This document shows, one piece after another, positions 51,538 through 60,650 of a DNA stretch of 64,000 bases. This DNA is from a virus. Lineage: Duplodnaviria > Caudoviricetes. The stretch lies in the IMG/VR virus record IMGVR_UViG_3300037400_001757, positions 3,219 to 67,218 of that record; one strand, 5' to 3'. A program made the translations under genes and the position numbers. The notes beneath the pieces were generated by a model that searched no databases, had not been told where the DNA came from, and worked only from the letters and a program-made list of their open reading frames with translations. The stretch's first letter is position 1; each line of letters begins with the position of its first letter.

Positions 51538-51563
51538 AAATATTGAGAAGCAAAAAAATTACT

Positions 51564-53804
51564 TTAAGATTCGACTTCTATACAATTAGGACAAGTTTCA
51601 TGTTCCCCAGATATATATCCACATCTTGGACATATACTGAAGGTAGGAGTGAAACTAATGTATGGAATCTTGAAGTTGTTACATATCTTCTTTAATAAGA
51701 TTTTAACAGATTCATAGTCATCTAACTTTTCACCCATATACATATGGAAGACTGTTCCACCTGTATATAATGGTTGTAATTCATTTTGATGACTTAAATC
51801 ACTAAATAGATCTCCCATAGATTTAACACTTATATTACTAGAGTTGGTATAATATGGAGATTCTTTAGTACCAGCTGTAATGATATTCTTATATCTTTCG
51901 ACATCTATTTGGGCAAGCTTGTATGCTGTTCCCTCTGCCGGCGAAGACTCCAAGTTAAATGGAGTCTTATATTGTTCTTGATATTGAACCATTTTATCTC
52001 TCATGAAGTTTAATATTTCTTTTGATAATTCTAAACCTTGAGGAGATGTAATATCCTTATTCATATAATTAAGACATAGTTCATTCATACCAACTAATCC
52101 AATAGTATTAAAATGGTTAGCTAGATAAGAACCAAGTCTTTTCTTAATATCAGCTAGATATATTTTAATGTAAGGATATAAACCATACTCGACATTCTTT
52201 TCAATGATTTCTCTTTTTCTAATTAAAGATCTAGCAGCTATATCCATCAATGCTTCTAGTCTTTCAAAGATTTCTTTCTTAGTTTTAGAGAGATAACCTA
52301 TTCTTGGCATATTAATAGTAACTACACCAACAGAACCAGTCATAGGATTACTACCGAATAAGCCACCACCTCTTTTTCTAAGTTCTCTATTATCAATTCT
52401 TAATCTACAACAGTTATGAGTTAATATGTCATCAGCAAAGAAATCATGCACTTCTTCATCATCTATTTCAATATCATAGACATTAAGTTTTCTACTAGAT
52501 TTGATATATTCAATTCTATCTATTTTAGAAAAGAATTGTTCACCGGTAGTAGGCTTATTAATTAAGACTTTCATTCCTTCTTTTAAATTCGTAGCTATAA
52601 CGACTTCTTGTTCATCTTTATCATTATATACAACTTGAGGATGATTGTCTGTTATTCTAAGTTTATAACCATCTGTAGTAATGAATTCTACAAATGAATC
52701 TGATGTAGTTTTGATAACACTTTTAATTGGTTTAAATCCTTGAGAAGTTTTTACTAGATATTCTTGATGGAATTTAATTTTACCTTGAGAATGTTTAGAT
52801 CTTTCTACTAAGTCACCAATCATCATTCTACTAATAGTATTACCGTTTTTCTTTTGAACATACAGATTAGTTTCATATTTAAGACACATAGATCTAGCAT
52901 CATCTGGACTCATATCACTACCGCAGAAATTAGCAAAGTAAGGTATACCAAACTTAGCAGTCATTTCCCATAATGGTATTAACTCAGGATTATCCCAATT
53001 AAAATCTTCAGTAATATTATATGTAGGTATAGGGAATGTGAATATTCTTTGACTAGCATCTCCTGTCATCATAACTTCACAGAATGCCTTATTAATCATA
53101 TTCATTTCATTCTGGAACATTCCATAAGTTTCTTCTTGAACTTCTCCACCTATTATAATATTCTTATCTTTTAGAATATTAGGACATTGTAGATCTAATG
53201 TGATATTAGTGAATGGTGTTTGGAATCCTGCTCTAGTTGGAACATTCATATTATAAATGAATTCTTCCATTAGTTGTTTTACTTCTTCATATTTAAGATT
53301 ATCTCTCTTTACGAAAGGAGCTAGATATGTATCAAATGAAGAAAAGGCTTGTGCACCTGCAGATTCACCTTGCATAGTATAGAAGAAGTTCCATATCTGT
53401 CCTAATACAGCAGCAAAATGTTTAGGAGGTCTAGATCTAACTTTACCCATAACACCACCGAAACCTTTTATGAGTAACATTTCTAAATCCCAACCCATAC
53501 AATAAGCTGTTAGATATCCTAAATCATGAATATGAAAATCTCCTCTTATATGAGTTTCTCTAATATCTTTATCATATACATTGTATAACCAATATAATGA
53601 ATTACTATATTGAACTATATGGTCATACATACCTTGAATAGAATAACTAGAATTAGAATTTTCTTTGATTCTCCAGTTATTATGACTTATATAATTATCT
53701 ACTAATGAAATACTCTTTTGAATATAACTGTCAGTAGGATTAAATTCATTACTTACTATAGGAACTACTTTACGTTGATGGGTTTCAATTACAGTATCTG
53801 ACAT
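51564..53804 (-). CDS. nrdD: Class III (anaerobic) ribonucleotide reductase large subunit, intein-containing, lacking the glycyl-radical tail
   Basis: GDFHIHDL, GAQAFSSFD, FQTPFTN, SM[intein]CCRL, ESSPAEG, YTGGTVFH, terminal CPRC...CPNC. Confidence 0.95.
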   Translation of the reverse strand: MSDTVIETHQRKVVPIVSNEFNPTDSYIQKSISLVDNYISHNNWRIKENSNSSYSIQGMYDHIVQYSNSLYWLYNVYDKDIRETHIRGDFHIHDLGYLTAYCMGWDLEMLLIKGFGGVMGKVRSRPPKHFAAVLGQIWNFFYTMQGESAGAQAFSSFDTYLAPFVKRDNLKYEEVKQLMEEFIYNMNVPTRAGFQTPFTNITLDLQCPNILKDKNIIIGGEVQEETYGMFQNEMNMINKAFCEVMMTGDASQRIFTFPIPTYNITEDFNWDNPELIPLWEMTAKFGIPYFANFCGSDMSPDDARSMCLKYETNLYVQKKNGNTISRMMIGDLVERSKHSQGKIKFHQEYLVKTSQGFKPIKSVIKTTSDSFVEFITTDGYKLRITDNHPQVVYNDKDEQEVVIATNLKEGMKVLINKPTTGEQFFSKIDRIEYIKSSRKLNVYDIEIDDEEVHDFFADDILTHNCCRLRIDNRELRKRGGGLFGSNPMTGSVGVVTINMPRIGYLSKTKKEIFERLEALMDIAARSLIRKREIIEKNVEYGLYPYIKIYLADIKKRLGSYLANHFNTIGLVGMNELCLNYMNKDITSPQGLELSKEILNFMRDKMVQYQEQYKTPFNLESSPAEGTAYKLAQIDVERYKNIITAGTKESPYYTNSSNISVKSMGDLFSDLSHQNELQPLYTGGTVFHMYMGEKLDDYESVKILLKKICNNFKIPYISFTPTFSICPRCGYISGEHETCPNCIEVES
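52413..52886 (-). mobile_element. Mini-intein (158 aa, no homing endonuclease) in nrdD
   Basis: Begins Cys (CLKYET), block B ITDNH, ends VYDIE...THN followed by Cys+1; removal restores DARSMCCRLRID. Confidence 0.92.
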
Positions 53805-53819
53805 TTATAAAACTTCCTT

Positions 53820-54545
53820 TCAAAAATTTCTAAAGAAAACATTATCACACTTCTTAGTAATAGGTTCTATTATCTTAGTGATTTCATCTTTTCTAAATGG
53901 TATTATATCTACATCGTTAAATGCTCTGATATTAATATGGAATTCTTCACCAAAGTATTTAAAATTTTGGATATAGATGTGATCTTGTTTCTGTAAGAAT
54001 TTAGCCATACCTTTAGCAACTTCTTCATTAAAGAAATCTCTAGTAACAGTAGTTCTAAATTCATAATGTTCAGGATCTAAATTTTCTCTAATGATTCTCA
54101 TAGATTCTGTTATAGCATCTGATATATCACATTTAGAAAAGACGCCTTTATATTCTGATGGAATAGTCTTATAGTCCATGGCGATATAATCTATCTTTTT
54201 AGATTTAAGTAATGGTTCTAACACTTCAGGTCTAGTTCCATTAGTATCTAATTTAATATTAATATTAGGAACTGTTCTTTTAATATCATCTAATAATTCG
54301 ATTAATTCTAAATGATATAATGTAGGTTCACCACCACTAATACATACACCAGTATTAAAGTTTTCTCTATCTTTCAATTCTTTTAAGATATAGTCTTTAG
54401 ATAATGGTTGCATACTTCTGTTAGGATATACTAACGACTTGTTATAACAATAAGGACAATGCAAGTTGCAATCAGCTAAGAAAATAATGCTGGCAACTTG
54501 CTTAGGATAATTAATAAGGGTCGTGCCCTGAAACCCCAAGATCAT
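53820..54545 (-). CDS. nrdG: Anaerobic RNR activase (radical SAM)
   Basis: CNLHCPYC, ISGGEP, KLDTNG, YEFRTT; adjacent to nrdD. Confidence 0.92.
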   Translation of the reverse strand: MILGFQGTTLINYPKQVASIIFLADCNLHCPYCYNKSLVYPNRSMQPLSKDYILKELKDRENFNTGVCISGGEPTLYHLELIELLDDIKRTVPNINIKLDTNGTRPEVLEPLLKSKKIDYIAMDYKTIPSEYKGVFSKCDISDAITESMRIIRENLDPEHYEFRTTVTRDFFNEEVAKGMAKFLQKQDHIYIQNFKYFGEEFHINIRAFNDVDIIPFRKDEITKIIEPITKKCDNVFFRNF

Positions 54546-54559
54546 GGGTTAATCTCCCT

Positions 54560-55273
54560 TCAGATTCTATTTGTAATATAGTCTCCGATAAAGTCCCATG
54601 ATTGTGATATAAAGCATTCGTGTAAGTCTGCGTTACATTTTGACAAATAACTTAGTAAATTATTCCAGATTATAGCAACATAGGCTTTATCTTTGACCCT
54701 ATTTATTTTATCTTTTAAAGGCATGTCTTCTAGCATCTCGAACAAATTTTCTAGATTATTTTGAATTTCTTTATACATAGTACAATCTAGTAAGTTAATT
54801 ATTTTAAGATAAAAGTTAAAAATATAAAATGAATCCATTCTACTTAACTTGTCATTCATTACTGTAAAATCAAAGTATTCAAACTTATCATTTAAATAGT
54901 AATTAAAATAATTTATGCCAGCTAATATAATAGAGTCATATTGATAAGCATAGTCATAATCAAAAGGAATAGTTGTACTTATATTATATGGTTTAGTAAT
55001 AGTATAAGATTCCCTTATAAAAGGATTACTAAATTCTAGTATATTTTCATAGACTACTCTTTGATATATTTCTTCATTGAACTGTTCCATCATAGTAACT
55101 TCTATATGGTTTAAATCATAAAAGTCATTTAGTCTACTTAATAGAAAGTTACTATTGTAATTAGTATTATGAACTTTATCACTAGTTACATTATCATATA
55201 CGATAGTATTTCTACTTAAAGTATTTTCATATTTATCATAGAAAGAAATATTTTCTTCAGCTATTATAGGCAT
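54560..55273 (-). CDS. Hypothetical protein (237 aa)
   Basis: ORF between the RNAP beta and nrdG genes. Confidence 0.7.
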   Translation of the reverse strand: MPIIAEENISFYDKYENTLSRNTIVYDNVTSDKVHNTNYNSNFLLSRLNDFYDLNHIEVTMMEQFNEEIYQRVVYENILEFSNPFIRESYTITKPYNISTTIPFDYDYAYQYDSIILAGINYFNYYLNDKFEYFDFTVMNDKLSRMDSFYIFNFYLKIINLLDCTMYKEIQNNLENLFEMLEDMPLKDKINRVKDKAYVAIIWNNLLSYLSKCNADLHECFISQSWDFIGDYITNRI

Positions 55274-55277
55274 AGTA

Positions 55278-58200
55278 TTAATTACCTCCGAATTCTAACA
55301 TCATTAATCTAAAGTAAACTTCAAGTAAATCTCTAGTAGGAGTAGAATACATCTGAGGTGGTATATGACTATAACCATTTTCAATAATGTTAGATATTAA
55401 TTGATTCTTAGCTATATGGTCATCACTTAAAGGACCAAACATTTCTCTAAGAATATTGGTTGCACCATTAGAGAATAATGACCAAGAATCAAATTCACCT
55501 ACTCTTTGACCACTCTTAGCATTAGAACTAATAGTAGGTTGACCTGTTCTACTATTGTAAGAACCAGTAGATCTACTAGCTAACTTATGAGAACTTACGT
55601 GTTCCATCTTATACATATATAGATAACCAACAGTGACAGGAAACTTAGTTTTTACATTAGGTCCATAATGAGGTAAGTCTAAATAGTATTTATCTTTTAA
55701 TCCTACAGCACTTAGACCAGCAGCTATTTCTTTCATTGAAGGAGTATGGTATGTAGGATATATCCAAGGTAAACCTCTTTGTGTTTTAAGGTTTTCTAAC
55801 CATCTATTAAAGTTATCTTTACTCATAGACTTAATTACATTCATATAAGTTTTAGATATAATTTTATCTTTACTACCATCTAGTATCTTATAGTATACCT
55901 TATTAATTATATCTACTACGTGTTTCTGTGTAGGAGATTTCATTATTTCTTGTTTGACTTTCCAACCTATTAAGCCTAGTAATGCTTCAAATAATTGACC
56001 AGGATTCATACGGCCTATAACACCTAATGGATTGAAGATAATATCAATAGGTTCACCCCAAGGAGTAACTGGCATAGCTTCATCTCTCAAAGCTATAACA
56101 CCCTTATTACCATGCCTGTTAGCATATTTATCACCTAAGTTATCACCAGTTTCTAGATATTCAAAATCTAATTCAATAACCATACCTTCGATTTTAGTAC
56201 CCTTAATATTATAGTGTCCACTTTCAGTAAGGTTATGTTTCTGGCTAGATATTAACCATAGTTGTTTTAATTCAGGGTAATCTTTGATATCTTCATTACT
56301 ATAGATTCTAACATCTATAAGTTTACCATTCTTGTTAGCTTTATGTTTAACTACGCCACCGCCATATATTCTTTCATCAGGATTAAGTTCAATATATTGG
56401 GCAAGGTTTCTAGGAACATAACTAATAATAGTATCACCTTGTTCATACTCAATACCTTCACCTATCTTTAATAACTTTTGAACTACATCAAATCTATCAC
56501 CTTTTTCACTTCTGCCAGGTACTACTAAGAATTTAGTAGCAGGTGGTATATTTAATGTGATAGTTTCCATGTGTCTACTAGTAACAGCATCTCTAGCCTT
56601 ACTAGATAATATAATAGCATCGTCATGGTTAGATCCATTGTATGGCATAAATGCTGCTAATAGATTAGTGCCTAATGATATAGTACCATCTTTGATAGAT
56701 GAACCTTCAGCTAATAATTGATACTTCTTTACCTTTTGGCCTTGATTAACTTTAACATCATAATAGGATATACTATGAACAGACATACCTGATGTTAGTT
56801 TTTGTGGATCTAAATCAACTATTTGCTTTTTACCCTTAGAACCATTCTCAGTAGATTCAATAATTATCTTATCATCTTCAATAGATTTAACTACACCATC
56901 ATATATAGACTTCTTTACATAGTTAGAACTAAGGTAACCAGCTAATGCAGTTTCATAACCTGTCTGAACTAATGGTACTTGTTTATGTAATAATGGAACA
57001 GACTGTCTTACTTGGTTAGCAGCCATAATTAATCTAGCGCCAGCATCATGATTACTAAAAGGTGTAAAAGAAGTACTTAGAGAATTAATACCATTTCCTT
57101 CCTTATTATCTTTTTCTTTAATAACGAAGTTACCACGGTTATCTCTTATTTCAGCATCTACTGCCAAGTGTTGTAACATACCTACGTTGCCACCACCTTC
57201 AGGTGTATCAATGGTATCTATTGTTCCATAATAAGTTTCATCGACAGTTCTCATCTTTTCAGGAACACCGTCAGCATTAGCTACGCCACCTATACCAACA
57301 TAAGTAACTCTTGTAGCACTAGCCATTTCTTCAACAGGATTAACACATTCATTCTGTCTTATTAATTGAGAGCCAGTAATCTGTTTATATACATAATCAG
57401 CTTCTAGTGAGAATGGTGCATTATTATAACCAATTAATCTTTTAGTTTCATACACTCTATAAGCCATAAGTAATTGCTTATATAATATCTGTAAGAAAGT
57501 TTCAGTAGATCTATACCTTTCAATAGATAAGTCAGTTCTTCTATTAGCTTTATCTGTATGAACTTCTTTAAAGCATCTCCATATCAATTCATCTAATATT
57601 AATGGATAGCCTTGGCCTTCAATAATTTCTAATGAGATAGGATCTAAGAAACCTTCATAAAAAGATTCTATAGAATAACCAGCATTCTTTCTACCTGTGG
57701 TTATAACCATTAATTCTTTTTGGAAACTATTATCTAAGAATTGACTAGATGTAATATGCCTATTCTTATAGTTAATTAATCCCATACTATGGAAAATAGT
57801 TCTAGCATATTCATTAGATTCCATTATATTAACAGGGAAGAATATGTACTCATTATTATCAAAAGATAAGAACCATTTAGCATTATCCTTTTTAGCTTTT
57901 CTAGTATCAGCTTCGTTATCAGTAATGATTAAATCTTTTCTAGTAAAACCTAATCTCTTAAATAAGTCATCTAAACCATTTTTAAATAATGTAGAAAAGA
58001 TAAGATACATAGGTACAACCATACCAACTACGTAAGATATAGCATAAGCTTTCTTTCTTACAATTCTATATTGAATTTGCATAGTAGAGAAGTAAGTACT
58101 TATCTTACATAAATGAGGTTCAGGGAAGTAAACAGGTTTCAATGATAATTGACCAATTAAGACTTTACTTAAACCATTGATAGTCATAGTACCATCCTTA

Positions 58201-59597
58201 TTAATATAAGGAAGTAATACTTCATTAGGATATTCAGTACCTTGGTCATCTTTCATTATGAATTTAAATGACACATATTTACTAGCCTTAATATCAGCTG
58301 TATCATATTTAGTATCAATGTTATACTTAACTAATTTTAATGGAAACTTTTTAGTAGAGAATGTCTTTAAGATTTTGACTAAATCATTAAATAGATTAGT
58401 ATTAAAATCTCTTTGCTTATTTTCCATAATAGAACCAGGTACCTTATTATCTAATACTTCATTAATATTAATCTTAGATCTTACTTCATCAGTAGATATA
58501 TTATTATGCTTATAGTCAGTACTAGATCTTTCAACATATTTACCTAGTTCATTATCATAACTAGTAATCTTATTAGTAATATCTTTCTTAGGCAACTTCT
58601 TAATATCTTCTCTAGATACAGATGCCATAGTATTATCAAATTCTTTTCTATTACCAGTAACTTTATATTTAACAGCAGCTAATTGTAAAGCTTTCTTTCT
58701 TAATTTATCTTCTTCATTGGTACTATTATTATTTAGTATCTCAGTAATGTCATTAGCTTGTTCAGGATGTTTCTGTACTATAAATGAAATAGATTCTTTA
58801 ATAACATCTTTAGCTTTTTCAGAAGATACTCTCATCATGTCTTTCTTAGCCATGACATTACTTATAGTATTAGTTTCACTTTCAGTTAATTCCATTTCAT
58901 TAGCTATTTGGTTACCAAAGTTTTCTAAAGCAATATCACTTACTTTTATAGATTTAAATAATGCTAAAGCTTTGACATAATTTATCTTTTCATTCTTATC
59001 ATATAATTTAACATAAGTAGGAGTACCAGCACTTCCAATTACACACAAGTAAAGACAGTTAATATAAGGAATGTTTTCTTTCTGTCTTAAATAATGAAAC
59101 ATAGGTATCCATAACAATCTTCTATTTAAAGCAACTTGAAAATCTTTTCTAGTATCTATTATATATAGTAAGACATTATAGAAATCTTTATCATCAGCAA
59201 ATGTAGATAAGGCACTAGTAAATAACATATTGGCCCTAGGTGTATTAAAGACATTCCTAGTTCTGTTTCTTATAGTATTACCAAATGCAGTTAAGTCAAC
59301 CATACAATTTCTATTGGCCTTATTAACTTGCTTCATATAATTGTAAGTAATTAACCCTTTAGTTTTCATTAACTTACTTGATTCTTTATCACTTTGAAAT
59401 ACACTACCACCAATAGAATATCTTGGACTAGTATATACTTTAATATCTGTTTTGGTAATATCTAAATTATCCCATATATCAACTAGGTTTACATTTTCTG
59501 TTAAAGCTAAAACTTTATAAGTCTTGGTTCTTGTTACTGGGTATCTTAACTTATTGACCTTCCTTGTAAACAATGGTAATTGCTCTGGTGTAAACAT
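55278..59597 (-). CDS. rpoB: Phage multisubunit RNA polymerase beta-like subunit with about 400-aa N-terminal extension
   Basis: GTMTINGLSKVLIGQL, DTPEGGNVG, ANQVRQSVPL, GSNHDDAI, GDKYANRHGNKGV, NPLGVIGRMNPGQ, YMYKMEH, GQRVGEFDSW. Confidence 0.92.
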   Translation of the reverse strand: MFTPEQLPLFTRKVNKLRYPVTRTKTYKVLALTENVNLVDIWDNLDITKTDIKVYTSPRYSIGGSVFQSDKESSKLMKTKGLITYNYMKQVNKANRNCMVDLTAFGNTIRNRTRNVFNTPRANMLFTSALSTFADDKDFYNVLLYIIDTRKDFQVALNRRLLWIPMFHYLRQKENIPYINCLYLCVIGSAGTPTYVKLYDKNEKINYVKALALFKSIKVSDIALENFGNQIANEMELTESETNTISNVMAKKDMMRVSSEKAKDVIKESISFIVQKHPEQANDITEILNNNSTNEEDKLRKKALQLAAVKYKVTGNRKEFDNTMASVSREDIKKLPKKDITNKITSYDNELGKYVERSSTDYKHNNISTDEVRSKININEVLDNKVPGSIMENKQRDFNTNLFNDLVKILKTFSTKKFPLKLVKYNIDTKYDTADIKASKYVSFKFIMKDDQGTEYPNEVLLPYINKDGTMTINGLSKVLIGQLSLKPVYFPEPHLCKISTYFSTMQIQYRIVRKKAYAISYVVGMVVPMYLIFSTLFKNGLDDLFKRLGFTRKDLIITDNEADTRKAKKDNAKWFLSFDNNEYIFFPVNIMESNEYARTIFHSMGLINYKNRHITSSQFLDNSFQKELMVITTGRKNAGYSIESFYEGFLDPISLEIIEGQGYPLILDELIWRCFKEVHTDKANRRTDLSIERYRSTETFLQILYKQLLMAYRVYETKRLIGYNNAPFSLEADYVYKQITGSQLIRQNECVNPVEEMASATRVTYVGIGGVANADGVPEKMRTVDETYYGTIDTIDTPEGGGNVGMLQHLAVDAEIRDNRGNFVIKEKDNKEGNGINSLSTSFTPFSNHDAGARLIMAANQVRQSVPLLHKQVPLVQTGYETALAGYLSSNYVKKSIYDGVVKSIEDDKIIIESTENGSKGKKQIVDLDPQKLTSGMSVHSISYYDVKVNQGQKVKKYQLLAEGSSIKDGTISLGTNLLAAFMPYNGSNHDDAIILSSKARDAVTSRHMETITLNIPPATKFLVVPGRSEKGDRFDVVQKLLKIGEGIEYEQGDTIISYVPRNLAQYIELNPDERIYGGGVVKHKANKNGKLIDVRIYSNEDIKDYPELKQLWLISSQKHNLTESGHYNIKGTKIEGMVIELDFEYLETGDNLGDKYANRHGNKGVIALRDEAMPVTPWGEPIDIIFNPLGVIGRMNPGQLFEALLGLIGWKVKQEIMKSPTQKHVVDIINKVYYKILDGSKDKIISKTYMNVIKSMSKDNFNRWLENLKTQRGLPWIYPTYHTPSMKEIAAGLSAVGLKDKYYLDLPHYGPNVKTKFPVTVGYLYMYKMEHVSSHKLASRSTGSYNSRTGQPTISSNAKSGQRVGEFDSWSLFSNGATNILREMFGPLSDDHIAKNQLISNIIENGYSHIPPQMYSTPTRDLLEVYFRLMMLEFGGN

Positions 59598-59846
59598 TCT
59601 AAATGATTCTCCTGAAAATTTTAACTAGTAAATTTTTTCAAGTATATGGAGAGCCCAGGTTTAGAGCCTTATTTAAGCACTATTTTAAGGAGAATTTCAG
59701 TACATATATATAATTTTCGTTTAAAGACAAAATTATATTCTGAGCAGAAAGGAGGAATATAATGGACCTAAGTGTATTGCTCAGTACATAAGGCCATAGG
59801 TATTTGGAAACGAATATCTTATTCAGCATGAAAGGAGGTGATCTGT

Positions 59847-59987
59847 ATGCTGAAGTTCATGGAAAGCTACGGTCGTGATCTTAGAATCATGGCTGAACGC
59901 CATCCTGACTTATTCACATGCTATGTAGCATGGATGTTCTTCGCTTGCGAAGTCATTCATACCTGCATAGTTCTTTCAATAGAATAA
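59847..59987 (+). CDS. Small hydrophobic protein (46 aa)
   Basis: AAAGGAGGTGAT RBS; MLKFMESYGRDLRIMAERHPDLFTCYVAWMFFACEVIHTCIVLSIE*; paralog start at 63978. Confidence 0.7.
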   Translation: MLKFMESYGRDLRIMAERHPDLFTCYVAWMFFACEVIHTCIVLSIE

Positions 59988-60079
59988 GTCAGGTATCACT
60001 TCTCCATTTGTAAGATATTTCCAGGGAAGTAAATTTGTATTGGAAATACTCGTGGTGGTTAACACGTAACATTAAACCA

Positions 60080-60210
60080 ACGCTGAGAGTAAACACAGGC
60101 GTGCCTATATTTTAAATTAGGTAAAAGTGTAATCTGGTAACTACCCACCATTAAAGTTAGGTAATGCGAGAGTAAACTCAGCTAAAGTAAAATCCGTAGA
60201 TAACACGATA
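60080..60210 (+). ncRNA. Structured RNA motif A, copy 1 (unassigned)
   Basis: Colinear with 62721..62848; compensatory stems and a covarying pseudoknot. Confidence 0.7.
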
Positions 60211-60276
60211 CGATATTCGAAGCAAGGAATATTCTAGGCCCTTGCAGGAATCTTTAAGAAAGGAGAAAGAAGTAGA

Positions 60277-60423
60277 ATGAAGGACAGCACATTTATGGTG
60301 GTATGTTCTATGCTTTCAGGCTTCATTACTGGTTATTTCCAACAGCCAGTTTTGATGGTTGTAAGCATATCTGTTTTCTCTTTCTTAGCATATCTTTCGG
60401 CTAAGAAAGAGTCTGCAGAATAA
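60277..60423 (+). CDS. Small membrane protein (48 aa)
   Basis: AAAGGAG RBS; MKDSTFMVVCSMLSGFITGYFQQPVLMVVSISVFSFLAYLSAKKESAE*. Confidence 0.6.
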   Translation: MKDSTFMVVCSMLSGFITGYFQQPVLMVVSISVFSFLAYLSAKKESAE

Positions 60424-60650
60424 GCCTATATTTTATAGGTTTATTTGCAGAAGTTGCAACTTAGTCCTAGCTAAGATAACAACGTGGTTTGTATCGTATA
60501 ACCAGGCGCACTAAAAACGAGACTGAAAAACTTTCGGGTTTGTTGATAATCCTGAGTATGAAAAATCAACGATGTTCAGATGTCTACTCACTGTATCATA
60601 GAGGCTTAGTTTTCCTCATTTCTAAAAGATACAGGTTATTATTCTTACAA

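Noticed and set aside
48593-51563. Group I intron / IStron joining nrdD to its tail exon
   Set aside because: The gap holds three sense-strand genes with their own RBSs, tnpB is antisense, no P7 core was recognised, and the tail ORF has its own RBS and 25 extra N-terminal residues; only RT-PCR can fully exclude it
6494-58980. Short antisense or nested ORFs in the track (e.g. 6494..6703, 16837..17145, 17657..17914, 18092..18301, 19704..20105, 27324..28151, 30024..30269, 38371..41466, 43915..44274, 45436..47084, 49386..49985, 56032..58980, 60893..62748)
   Set aside because: They lie opposite or inside longer, motif-bearing genes, lack RBSs and read like reverse-strand shadows of biased codon usage
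60080-60230. Identification of motif A as RNase P RNA, pistol, hammerhead, twister or HDV/theta ribozyme
   Set aside because: Lacks GAGGAAAGUCC (RNase P), CUGAUGA/GAAA (hammerhead) and the pistol P2/catalytic loop; resemblance is only partial, so it was left unassigned
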